The notes beneath the pieces were generated by a model. That model was not told the DNA's origin. It saw only the letters and a program-made list of their open reading frames with translations, and made no database searches. A DNA stretch of 64,000 nucleotides from the NCBI GenBank assembly GCA_035529075.1, contig DATKXK010000011.1, forward strand, positions 64,295 to 128,294, written 5' to 3'. This DNA comes from Acidobacteriota bacterium (GTDB lineage Bacteria; Zixibacteria; MSB-5A5; GN15; FEB-12). Below are positions 1 to 8,363 of this stretch, piece by piece (the first letter of the stretch is position 1; each line of letters opens with the position of its first letter). The translations under genes and the position numbers were made by a program.

Positions 1-91
1 CGTCGACTGCGGGCAACCGGCCGCAGGTCAGGAGAGAACCATTAGCACCAACAAGCGACTTGACAGCCGATTCATCGGCTCCTTCTTTGCC

Positions 92-637
92 ATGGAGCAA
101 CTGCCGAACGACCGGCGCCCCCAGGTCGCCATCGCCGGCCGTTCCAACGTCGGCAAATCATCGCTGCTTAACCAGGTTCTCTCAAGCCGCAAGCTGGCCA
201 GGGTGTCCTCGACTCCGGGCAGGACCCGCTCGCTGAATTTCTTTCTCGTTAACGAGAAGTACTACCTCGTCGACCTGCCCGGGTATGGGTACGCCAAAGT
301 CCCCGGAGCGGTGAAGGCGCGGTGGCAAAAGCTGATGCAACAGTACCTCACCACCGCCGAGGACCTTATCGGCCTGATCCTGTTGCTTGATTGCCGGAGG
401 GAGATCACGGCTCAGGACAACCAGCTGGCCGCCTGGCTGGCCGAACGTGAACTTCCGGTCCTGCTGGTCGTGACCAAGGCCGATAAGCTCAGCCGGAGCA
501 GGCTCGAAGAGAGGTTGCGACGTGTCGAGAACGAACTCGGTACCGACGTGGTCGCCTGCTCCGTCGTCTCAGGAATGGGCAAGAGAGAGTTGACGGATGC
601 CGTGCGCGAACTGGTGAGGCGTCACGTGAAGCTGTGA
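92..637 (+). CDS. engB: Ribosome-biogenesis GTPase EngB/YsxC (true start probably upstream; frame open to window edge)
   Basis: GTPase motifs GRSNVGKSS, DLPGYGYA, TKADK. The same frame has no stop back to nt 2, and conserved-looking residues (FIGSFF) precede the ATG at 92. Confidence 0.85.
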   Translation: MEQLPNDRRPQVAIAGRSNVGKSSLLNQVLSSRKLARVSSTPGRTRSLNFFLVNEKYYLVDLPGYGYAKVPGAVKARWQKLMQQYLTTAEDLIGLILLLDCRREITAQDNQLAAWLAERELPVLLVVTKADKLSRSRLEERLRRVENELGTDVVACSVVSGMGKRELTDAVRELVRRHVKL

Positions 638-650
638 AAGGTCTGTAACG

Positions 651-1925
651 ATGGGTAACAATAGAGTTATAGTTGGTTGTCAGTGGGGAGATGAAGGCAA
701 GGGGAAGATAGCCGACTTGCTGGCGTCCGACGCTGATATTATCGTGCGGTTCCAGGGTGGGGCCAACGCCGGACACACGGTCATCGTTGGTGACACGAAG
801 TATATTCTTCACCTGATTCCCTCGGGCATCATCCATCCGGACAAGGTCTGTTACATAGGCAACGGGGTGGTTCTGGATCCGGTGGCGTGCAAGGAGGAGC
901 TGGACTTCCTCGTGGGCCAGGGCGTCGACTACCACGGCCGCCTGTTCATTTCGCCGGCCGCGAATCTGGTGCTTCCGTATCACAAGCTTATCGAGGCGGT
1001 TGAGGAGGAGAAGCGCGGGGCGGCGTGGATCGATACCACCAAACGAGGTATCGGCCCGGCCTACGTGGACAAAGTGGCCCGGCACGGCATCCGTATGATT
1101 GACCTGTTTGCACCCGACCGCCTGAAAAAACGGCTGGACTTCCAGCGGCAGATAAAGTCACGGTACTTGGAAGGATCGGCCGACGAACGCGCCGATCTGG
1201 ATCGGACCTATGAAACCCTGCTGGGCCTGGCTGACCTGTTCCGTCCCATGGTGGTCGACGTATCCTATCGCCTGCACCAGGCCTACCGGGAGGGCAAGAC
1301 TATTCTGTACGAGGGGGCCCAGGGGACGATGCTTGACGTCGACCTCGGCACCTACCCGTACGTGACGTCGTCCAACACTACCGTGGGCGGCGTTCTTACC
1401 GGCCTTGGTATCGGCGTGCGCATGATTGACGAGGTGGTGGGAGTGGTCAAGGCGTACACGACGCGCGTGGGCGCCGGGTGGTTTCCCACGGAACTGGTCA
1501 GTGACATCGGCGATCGCATGCGTGATCGCGGCGCCGAGTACGGCGCGGCAACCGGCCGTCCCCGCCGATGCGGGTGGCTGGACCTGGTGACGCTCCGGCA
1601 CGCCGTCAGGATCAACGGCGTGGACTCCATCGCCGTGACCAAGCTGGACGTTCTCGACGAATTCGCGGAGATCAAGGTGTGCGTCGCGTATGAGTTGGAC
1701 GGACAGCGCCTGGGTCAGGTGCCGCTGGATCTCGCGGCGCTCGGCCACGCCAAGCCCGTGTACGAAGTGCTGCCCGGGTGGCAGCGTGACACCAGCGGGG
1801 TGACCTCATTTGACTCCTTGCCGGAGAAGGCGAGGACGTACCTCAAATTCATGGCCGATGATCTCGCGGTCGGTATTTGCATGGTATCGACGGGCGCCAG
1901 ACGGAACGAAACGATCATGGTCTGA
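651..1925 (+). CDS. purA: Adenylosuccinate synthetase
   Basis: N-terminal QWGDEGKGK P-loop, GGANAGHT, TTKRGIGPAY, full-length 424 aa. Confidence 0.97.
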   Translation: MGNNRVIVGCQWGDEGKGKIADLLASDADIIVRFQGGANAGHTVIVGDTKYILHLIPSGIIHPDKVCYIGNGVVLDPVACKEELDFLVGQGVDYHGRLFISPAANLVLPYHKLIEAVEEEKRGAAWIDTTKRGIGPAYVDKVARHGIRMIDLFAPDRLKKRLDFQRQIKSRYLEGSADERADLDRTYETLLGLADLFRPMVVDVSYRLHQAYREGKTILYEGAQGTMLDVDLGTYPYVTSSNTTVGGVLTGLGIGVRMIDEVVGVVKAYTTRVGAGWFPTELVSDIGDRMRDRGAEYGAATGRPRRCGWLDLVTLRHAVRINGVDSIAVTKLDVLDEFAEIKVCVAYELDGQRLGQVPLDLAALGHAKPVYEVLPGWQRDTSGVTSFDSLPEKARTYLKFMADDLAVGICMVSTGARRNETIMV

Positions 1926-2005
1926 CGCCTCGCGTTTGAGCAACATTGGCAAAGGTTTACGGGGGAAGCTAAACGATAAGATCTGGAGAGAGGAGACAAC
2001 ACGAC

Positions 2006-2434
2006 GTGAGAGTATTCACAATCGTTCTGCTGGCGGCGTTGGCCCTGTCCTGCAAAACGGAGCAACAACAAGTCGGGGAAGTGGCCGGTACGGTCACTGA
2101 TCTGGGTGTCAGGTACGAGGAACTGGTGGTGGGTACCGGCAAACAGGCGGAAATGGGCTCCCCGGTCGAGTGCCATTACACCCTCTGGTTTGCCGATTCC
2201 GCAGGGACCAAGCTGCAGCGGTTTCAGAGTTCGAAGGACGGCGGCCAGCCGTTCCAGTGCACGCTGGGCCAGCGCCTGATCACTGGCTGGTCTGATGGAA
2301 TGGTCGGGATGAAGGAAGGCGGAATCCGTCGGCTTATTATCCCGCCCGAACTGGGCTATGGCAAGGGCGGCGGCCCGATACCTCCGGATCAGTGGCTGGT
2401 GTTCGAGATCGAGTTCCTCAAGCTGCTTCAATAG
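2006..2434 (+). CDS. FKBP-type peptidyl-prolyl cis-trans isomerase, exported (possible lipoprotein)
   Basis: GTG start after GGAGAGAGGAGA. Signal sequence ending LALSC. FKBP core GWSDGMVGMKEGGIRRLIIPPELGYG. Confidence 0.85.
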   Translation: MRVFTIVLLAALALSCKTEQQQVGEVAGTVTDLGVRYEELVVGTGKQAEMGSPVECHYTLWFADSAGTKLQRFQSSKDGGQPFQCTLGQRLITGWSDGMVGMKEGGIRRLIIPPELGYGKGGGPIPPDQWLVFEIEFLKLLQ

Positions 2435-2531
2435 CAGGGATTCTGCGCCCGTGCAGCGGCTGGTCAGCCGCTGCGGTGGCCTTCAAGGCAGGCGCGACCG
2501 GCTGCCCGGGCAAGCCAAACTGACGAAAAAA

Positions 2532-2558
2532 AGCGCCGCGTCCCGCGGCGCTTTTCGT
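2532..2558 (+). terminator. Rho-independent terminator after FKBP gene
   Basis: AGCGCCGCG-tcc-CGCGGCGCT 9-bp stem followed by TTTT. Confidence 0.7.
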
Positions 2559-2763
2559 CTCTACAGGAGGTAATGCAATCATCGCATCGGTATATGAAAA
2601 GCTGAGCCTATGATACAGGCTGTCGCTTCTCTTGTGTCACGGAAATGTCATGACTCTGGAAAAAACTGGCAAATAATGGCGCCGGCTGCACCGCGACAGG
2701 CGCCGGGCCGGCAAACGGGCTGTCGCAACGGCGACGAAGTCAGCATGAAATTACAGAATTGCG

Positions 2764-2791
2764 TTGACATCCCCGGCCGAGACGATATTTT
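2764..2791 (+). promoter_or_regulatory. Candidate sigma-70 promoter for the tRNA-Lys pair
   Basis: TTGACA (2764-2769), 16-nt spacer, TATTTT; about 38 nt upstream of the first tRNA. Confidence 0.35.
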
Positions 2792-2828
2792 GTTGTGCTG
2801 AGACACATCGCCCTTGAGAGGTTTTTAT

Positions 2829-2900
2829 GGGGGTGTAGCTCAGTGGTAGAGCATCTGCCTTTTAAGCAGGTTGTCGATGGTTCGATCCCATCCACCCTCA
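2829..2900 (+). tRNA. tRNA-Lys (anticodon TTT)
   Basis: Hand-folded cloverleaf: acceptor GGGGGTG/CACCCTC, D-arm GCTC-AGTGGTA-GAGC, anticodon arm TCTGC-CTTTTAA-GCAGG, T-arm GATGG-TTCGATC-CCATC. No encoded CCA. Confidence 0.9.
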
Positions 2901-2920
2901 TAAAAGTCTCTTGGCTAAAT

Positions 2921-2993
<73 letters not shown>

Positions 2994-3036
2994 TTTTTCC
3001 ATGCCCCAGCGGCGGGACCCGCCGGGCTTGAGCCGT

Positions 3037-3065
3037 TTGCTTTTCCGAGCGATTCCCTGTATAAA
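3037..3065 (+). promoter_or_regulatory. Candidate sigma-70 promoter of queCED
   Basis: TTGCTT, 17-nt spacer, TATAAA; about 60 nt upstream of the queC ATG. Confidence 0.3.
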
Positions 3066-3126
3066 TAAGTAGATCGGATTCGGGCCGGATGCTTCTGACC
3101 GGTCCTGAGAGAAGGGTTGTGCGGTT

Positions 3127-3828
3127 ATGTCACGTGGTAAAGCAGTCGTACTGCTCAGCGGTGGAATCGACTCTTCCACCACGCTGGCTGCGGCCGGCGC
3201 GGACGGGTACGAACTGTATGCGATCAGTTTTGATTACGGCCAGCGCCACCGGCTCGAACTTGAGTCGGCCGGGAAAATCGCCCTGGCTGTCGGCGTACAG
3301 AAGCACCTCGTGATGTCGGTCGACCTGGCGCTGATCGGCGGGTCGGCGCTCACCGACCAGATCGCCGTTCCCAAGAACCGTTCGCTCGATACCATCGGCT
3401 CCGACATTCCCATAACGTACGTTCCGGCCCGCAACACCATCTTCCTGTCCCTGGCCCTGGCCTGGGCCGAGGTCGCGGGCGCGCGGCACATCCTTATCGG
3501 CGCTAACGCCGTTGACTATTCCGGCTATCCGGATTGCCGGCCGGAATTCATCTACGCCTTTGAGTCCATGGCCAACCTGGCGACGCGGCGGGGAGTGGCC
3601 GGGGAGGGCATCGAGATCAGGGCGCCGCTTATGGAGTTGACGAAGGCCGAGATTATCAGGCGCGGCCTGGAGCTGGGGCTTGATTACGCCATGACCTTTA
3701 GCTGTTATGACCCGACGGATGACGGTCTGTCGTGCGGCGAGTGCGATAGTTGCCGGCTCAGGCACAGGGGGTTCCTCGATGCCGAGATCGCCGATCCCAC
3801 CAAATATGCGGTGACACCCCGGGTCTGA
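3127..3828 (+). CDS. queC: 7-cyano-7-deazaguanine synthase
   Basis: [10 protein letters not shown]-loop; C-terminal Zn cysteines CYDP...[10 protein letters not shown]. Confidence 0.95.
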   Translation: MSRGKAVVLLSGGIDSSTTLAAAGADGYELYAISFDYGQRHRLELESAGKIALAVGVQKHLVMSVDLALIGGSALTDQIAVPKNRSLDTIGSDIPITYVPARNTIFLSLALAWAEVAGARHILIGANAVDYSGYPDCRPEFIYAFESMANLATRRGVAGEGIEIRAPLMELTKAEIIRRGLELGLDYAMTFSCYDPTDDGLSCGECDSCRLRHRGFLDAEIADPTKYAVTPRV

Positions 3829-3834
3829 GGCCGG

Positions 3835-4584
3835 ATGAAACGATCGGAACGCATTGTCCCCTGGCCAGGTCAGTCAGCCGGCAGGCTGCCGCTCACGGAG
3901 ATGTTCTATTCCGTTCAGGGGGAAGGCCGCTTCGCCGGGTTTCCGGCGCTCTTTCTCCGTTTCAAGTACTGCAATCTCGGGTGTGACTGGTGCGACGCGC
4001 GTTTCACCTGGGACCCCGATGCCATTGAGGCGGGCGAGCTGCTTGCTCCCGGCGACATCGCCGGGCGGGCGGGCCGTATGGTCGGGGAAAGGAAACTGAA
4101 CCCGGGGGGGCTCCATGTTGTCCTTACCGGCGGGGAGCCGATGCTGCATCAGCAAACCCTGTCGGCCCTGATCGCCCGTATGAATGCGGCCGGATTTGAC
4201 TTCTTTGAAATCGAGACCAACGGCACGCTGGTGCCGAGCAGGACGATGTGCGAGGCCATCTCGTGGTGGAACTGTTCGCCCAAGCTGGCCAACAACGGCC
4301 GACCGCAAGGAGAGAATATCGTCCCGGAGGCGTTGCGGGCGATTGCGGCCACCGGTCGCGCCGATTTCAAATTTGTCGTGTGCTCCCCCGATGACGTCGG
4401 CGAAATAGTCGAACAGTTCATGCCCCTTGTGCCCGCGGATCGTATTATATTGATGCCTGAAGGAACGTCGGCAACGGATCAACTCGAGGCGATGCCGTGG
4501 CTTCTTGACGAGTGCGCGCGGCACGGCTTCAAGTTCTCGCCCCGGCTCCATATTCTGGCCTGGGGGAACGAGCGAAGACGATAA
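3835..4584 (+). CDS. queE: 7-carboxy-7-deazaguanine synthase (radical SAM)
   Basis: MFYSVQGEG start region, CNLGCDWCD cluster motif; sits between queC and queD. Confidence 0.9.
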   Translation: MKRSERIVPWPGQSAGRLPLTEMFYSVQGEGRFAGFPALFLRFKYCNLGCDWCDARFTWDPDAIEAGELLAPGDIAGRAGRMVGERKLNPGGLHVVLTGGEPMLHQQTLSALIARMNAAGFDFFEIETNGTLVPSRTMCEAISWWNCSPKLANNGRPQGENIVPEALRAIAATGRADFKFVVCSPDDVGEIVEQFMPLVPADRIILMPEGTSATDQLEAMPWLLDECARHGFKFSPRLHILAWGNERRR

Positions 4585-4601
4585 CGGCGGGTAGGTAAAA
4601 C

Positions 4602-4961
4602 ATGCGCGTAAAACTGTCCAAGCAGTTTCATTTCGAGGCGTCGCATCGCCTGGATCATCTGCCTCCTGAACACCCCTGCCACGAACTGCACGGTCACAGC
4701 TACCGGGTGGAAGTCGAAGTGGCCGGCGAGGTCAGCGAAACCACCGGTTTTCTCATTGACTACCACGACCTCAAGCGCATCGTCCAGCCTGTGATTGACA
4801 GATTGGATCACAAGAATCTGAACGACGTTGACGGTCTCGAGTTGACCTCCACCGAGTACGTGTCCAGGTGGCTCTGGGAGCGGATCAAGCCCGGACTCCC
4901 GATCCTGAGCAGGATCACGGTCTACGAAACGGCCACCAGCAAGTGTGAGTACGAAGGCTGA
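4602..4961 (+). CDS. queD: 6-carboxy-5,6,7,8-tetrahydropterin synthase
   Basis: FHFEASHRL and HGHSYRVEV motifs, 119 aa. Confidence 0.92.
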   Translation: MRVKLSKQFHFEASHRLDHLPPEHPCHELHGHSYRVEVEVAGEVSETTGFLIDYHDLKRIVQPVIDRLDHKNLNDVDGLELTSTEYVSRWLWERIKPGLPILSRITVYETATSKCEYEG

Positions 4962-4967
4962 CGGCGT

Positions 4968-5366
4968 TCAACGCGTGTCGGCCGTGTATTCCCGAACGAT
5001 GGTCGTCTGAATCCCTCCCCGGGCGTGAAAGATCCCTTCCAGGCGTAGCCGACGCGGTTTGGCCGCCGCTACCACGTCCTCGGCCATCTTGTTGACCACG
5101 TTCTCGTGAAAGATGCCCTTGTTGCGGTAGGCCAGAGTGTACTCTTTGAGACTCTTCAGTTCGATGCAGTGCTGGTCCGGAACGTAGGTCAGGTGAAGCG
5201 TGGCAAAATCCGGCAGACCGGTCCTGGGGCAGACGCACGTGAATTCCGGGATCGCCATCCTGATCTCGTAGTCCCGGTCGGCGTAGATATTGCCGAATGT
5301 CTCGATTTCGGGCGTCTTCCAGTCCCGGATGTCGCCCTGCAGGTCTTCGTAGTTCGATTCGTTCAT
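4968..5366 (-). CDS. queF: NADPH-dependent 7-cyano-7-deazaguanine reductase (type I)
   Basis: EFTCVCPRTGLPDFATL catalytic-Cys region, IELKSLKEY, 132 aa; convergent with queD. Confidence 0.92.
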   Translation of the reverse strand: MNESNYEDLQGDIRDWKTPEIETFGNIYADRDYEIRMAIPEFTCVCPRTGLPDFATLHLTYVPDQHCIELKSLKEYTLAYRNKGIFHENVVNKMAEDVVAAAKPRRLRLEGIFHARGGIQTTIVREYTADTR

Positions 5367-5411
5367 AGCCCCAATATAGTGCCGACGGCATTGCGTGCCA
5401 ACTGCCCGTGC

Positions 5412-6281
5412 TCACTCTTTCAGGTACACCGTCTTTGCTTTTCGTACCACCAGCCCATCCTTCTCAAGACCTGCGACGGCTCGTTCCACCTCGGCGGCTG
5501 ACCGGCTCAGAACGCGGGCAATCGTGCCCGTGCGGAGCTGTCTGCGCGTGGTCAGGCGGCGGATGATCTCACCGCGAATCTGGCGTATCGAACCATCGAA
5601 GGCCTTCTGTCGGGCCAGCGGCCTGACCGTGCCAAGCTGCCTGGGCAGCGCCAGGGCGCTATAATCCATCAAGGCATAATGCCACTCGCGGGCCTGCTTT
5701 CTTGGCAGCAGTTGCAGCGCCACAGACTCGAGCTGGCGGGGGGTTGTCGACGGAGGCAATTGCAACTCGTGGATCAGGACCCGGCGGATGTTGATGTCAA
5801 CCGCCACAAACGGTTTGTTGTAGGCGAAAATCGGAATGGCCCGCGACGTGTACGGGCCGATCCCGGGCAACCGGATCAGAGCAGCAGGGTCGTCAGGCAA
5901 GATGCCGCCGTGTCGAGCAATCACGACGCGAGCCATCTCCCTGAGGAAAAGCGCCCTCCGGTTGTATCCCAGCCCCGACCAGGCGGCCAGCAGTTGCCGG
6001 CTCGATGCCTCGGCCAGGGCGGACCAGGCGGGCCAGCGTGCAATCCAGCTGTCGTACCTGGGCACGACGCGTTCCACCTGCGTTTGCTGCAGCATGATTT
6101 CGGCAACCGCAATCCTGTACGGATCGCGCGTCTGGCGGAATGGCAGTGAACGTCCATGCTCCCGGTAAAAAGCCCGGATTTTGCGCCGAAAACTGTACAC
6201 TTTCTCTCTTGATATGGTCACGGGAGACGAGTATACGGCATACGGGGCCGACCGGCAAGACGTTGCGCCCTGGTTTGCCAT
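5412..6281 (-). CDS. HhH-GPD base-excision glycosylase (MutY/Nth family) with C-terminal winged-helix-like tail
   Basis: AEIMLQQTQV, WSGLGYNRRA, LPGIGPYTS hairpin-helix-hairpin. The start is uncertain; an alternative GTG at 6200 would leave a normal divergent intergenic region. Confidence 0.75.
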   Translation of the reverse strand: MANQGATSCRSAPYAVYSSPVTISREKVYSFRRKIRAFYREHGRSLPFRQTRDPYRIAVAEIMLQQTQVERVVPRYDSWIARWPAWSALAEASSRQLLAAWSGLGYNRRALFLREMARVVIARHGGILPDDPAALIRLPGIGPYTSRAIPIFAYNKPFVAVDINIRRVLIHELQLPPSTTPRQLESVALQLLPRKQAREWHYALMDYSALALPRQLGTVRPLARQKAFDGSIRQIRGEIIRRLTTRRQLRTGTIARVLSRSAAEVERAVAGLEKDGLVVRKAKTVYLKE

Positions 6282-6324
6282 CGTCTGCGTTGACTGCCGT
6301 CACGCCGAGGTGTATCTTCAGTCC

Positions 6325-7818
6325 ATGCGGAATCCTCCTGCGCTCGGTCGCTCTCTGCCCGGAATCAATCCGGGCGCGGTTTCAGGATACGTGGTCACGC
6401 TGGGAATCGTCTTCGCGGCCTTCCTGGTGTACGCCTTGTTGAGGAAACCGCTCTACTTATGGGCGGCGGCCGGTTTGCCCGTGGCTCTTCTCGTAGTGTC
6501 CAACCCGCGGGTGGCGCTCTGGCAGTTTGTGTTCGTGCTCTTCATCTATGTCCCGGCCATCAGGAGCATCCCCCTCTACCTGGTGGATATCAGCGCCATG
6601 CTGGCCATCCTCGCTGCGGCACTCGACCTGTTCCTGCGCGGTGGCGGGCCGGGCCGGCCGCCCCTGCTGGCCGGTAACTATCTGGCTATTCTTGCGGCCC
6701 TGGCCATAGCCGGTCTGTTCAGCTATGATCCGTCGAGGGCCCTGCGACCACTGCTTAGAGTCGGCGTTCTGTTTGTCACTTTTCTTTCGGTGTATCGTCT
6801 GGCCGGCCGGGCCGATGTCGCGAGGATGCTCAGCCTTTTCTTCGGCCTTTGCGCCGTGTATTCGGCGTTCGTCGTGGGGCAGTTTCTCGCCGGCGGCGGT
6901 TCCGTTCGAGTGTTCGGACTTGCCCGCGTTGCTTTCGATGAATTGGCCATGCTGGCTCTGCCGGTCGGTGTGGCACTGTTTCTGTGGTCATCTGACAGGC
7001 GAGCAATACCATATTTGATCGGTTCAGTTCTGGTGGCCGGAGCCCTGGTGGCAACGCAATCCCGGGCCTCCATCCTGTTCGGCTTTACAGCCGCGTTTCT
7101 GGCCCTGGCCATTACCTTTCTGCGGGTGCGAAGAATGCGCGGAGCGACGGGCCTTGCAGGGGCGGACGCCGGGTTGGTTCTGACGGCCCGATCGGCCGGG
7201 CGGCGGTCGGGCGCCCTGGTGGTTTCGTTTTTAGTCCTGGCCGCGACCGTCATGGTTCTGCAGCAGGGACTCTTTCAGGGCGTACTGGCAAGGTTCGAGG
7301 GCTTGTTCACATCCCGACCCGGCGGGACCTTTCTGCTGCGCATCACACTGTGGAAGACAGCCCTTGCCGCCTTCTGGGATCATCCCCTGTTGGGCGTGGG
7401 TCCCGGGATGTTTCGCCGCATTTCCGACGTCTACACTACCATTCACCTCGATCCTACCTTCCTGTGGGTCAGGGGAAAGTCGGCTCACAATCTCTTCCTG
7501 CATTACCTTGCGGAAACTGGACTGGTGGGCGCTGCCGCCCTGCTGGCGCTGTTTGTCAACCAACTGCGTCTCATAAGGCGGCGGTGGGTACGGGTCGCCG
7601 ATCCGAACCGGTTCGGCCCGACTCTGGCACTGTACCTTTGCGGGCTGCTGCTTCTGGCTACCACCTTGTTGGAGGCGGGCTGGATGTGGGGCCAGACGGG
7701 TTTTATCGCGGTCTTTTTCCTGGCTGTCATCGCACGCCAGGCGGACCGTGACAGGCGGGCATCGTTGAGGTCGGTCACGGCGGCGGGGCTTGCCGAGAGT
7801 GAGAGCACACCGGGTTAA
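6325..7818 (+). CDS. O-antigen ligase-like (Wzy_C) polytopic membrane protein
   Basis: Many TM segments; SRASILFG...; periplasmic loop then HNLFLHYLAETGLVG. The ATG at 6325 was chosen because the track start (6181) overlaps the divergent gene. Confidence 0.7.
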   Translation: MRNPPALGRSLPGINPGAVSGYVVTLGIVFAAFLVYALLRKPLYLWAAAGLPVALLVVSNPRVALWQFVFVLFIYVPAIRSIPLYLVDISAMLAILAAALDLFLRGGGPGRPPLLAGNYLAILAALAIAGLFSYDPSRALRPLLRVGVLFVTFLSVYRLAGRADVARMLSLFFGLCAVYSAFVVGQFLAGGGSVRVFGLARVAFDELAMLALPVGVALFLWSSDRRAIPYLIGSVLVAGALVATQSRASILFGFTAAFLALAITFLRVRRMRGATGLAGADAGLVLTARSAGRRSGALVVSFLVLAATVMVLQQGLFQGVLARFEGLFTSRPGGTFLLRITLWKTALAAFWDHPLLGVGPGMFRRISDVYTTIHLDPTFLWVRGKSAHNLFLHYLAETGLVGAAALLALFVNQLRLIRRRWVRVADPNRFGPTLALYLCGLLLLATTLLEAGWMWGQTGFIAVFFLAVIARQADRDRRASLRSVTAAGLAESESTPG

Positions 7819-7821
7819 ACC

Positions 7822-7850
7822 TTGACAGCGTGGGTTTGATTGACTATAAT
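7822..7850 (+). promoter_or_regulatory. Perfect-consensus sigma-70 promoter
   Basis: TTGACA (7822-7827), exactly 17 nt, TATAAT (7845-7850); upstream of the 7974 gene (RBS AAGGAG). Confidence 0.6.
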
Positions 7851-7973
7851 AAAATGGATTGGGATGCCTGATCCCGTTTGGAAAGACCCTCACAATTGCG
7901 CTTCCCGCCATACGCAAGTTGCACTGAATTTGTGGCCTGCAAGAGCCACAGGTAATAAACCAAGGAGTGTTCC

Positions 7974-8363
7974 ATGATGAAAGTAGTTTTACTACTGGCG
8001 GTCCTGCTGGTATTCGTGCTCGCCCCGTGCGGAGACCTTGTCTCGAAGGACAAGCCGTGGGATGATGGGAACGACGGCGGACCTAGCGACGGCGGGCCCG
8101 AAGGGGAGGACCATCCCTGGGGAGGCGAAAACCAGACGCCCGGTGATATCTGGAATCGGCTCAGCCCACTGGAAAGCGCCACCGGTGTCTTTGTGGTCGA
8201 TGCCTTGTACCGCCTGCCGGGCATCGATACGTATCTCGAATCCCGTTTGTTCTGGGTCAGAACCGACCGGCCTTACCGCGACATTCAGAAAAAAAATCGG
8301 GGCGTCACCGACGTTCCGAGGCAGGAGAATTCATCAATCGGGAGCTACGGGGTAGAAAAGTGA
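7974..8363 (+). CDS. Small exported Gly/Asp/Asn-rich protein, unknown function
   Basis: Hydrophobic signal MMKVVLLLAVLLVFVLAPCG, good RBS. Its stop overlaps the GTG start of the downstream activator (GTGA). Confidence 0.6.
   Translation: MMKVVLLLAVLLVFVLAPCGDLVSKDKPWDDGNDGGPSDGGPEGEDHPWGGENQTPGDIWNRLSPLESATGVFVVDALYRLPGIDTYLESRLFWVRTDRPYRDIQKKNRGVTDVPRQENSSIGSYGVEK

Noticed and set aside
3037-3126. Possible preQ1 riboswitch upstream of queC
   Set aside because: I could not find the preQ1-I or preQ1-II cores (short P1 hairpin followed by an A-rich CUA tail). Only a promoter-like TTGCTT-17-TATAAA is present. An Infernal scan would settle it.
6181-6324. N-terminal extension of the O-antigen-ligase-like ORF
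   Set aside because: It would overlap the 5' end of the divergent glycosylase gene by 100 nt and adds no TM or motif content. The start at 6325 just precedes the first TM segment.
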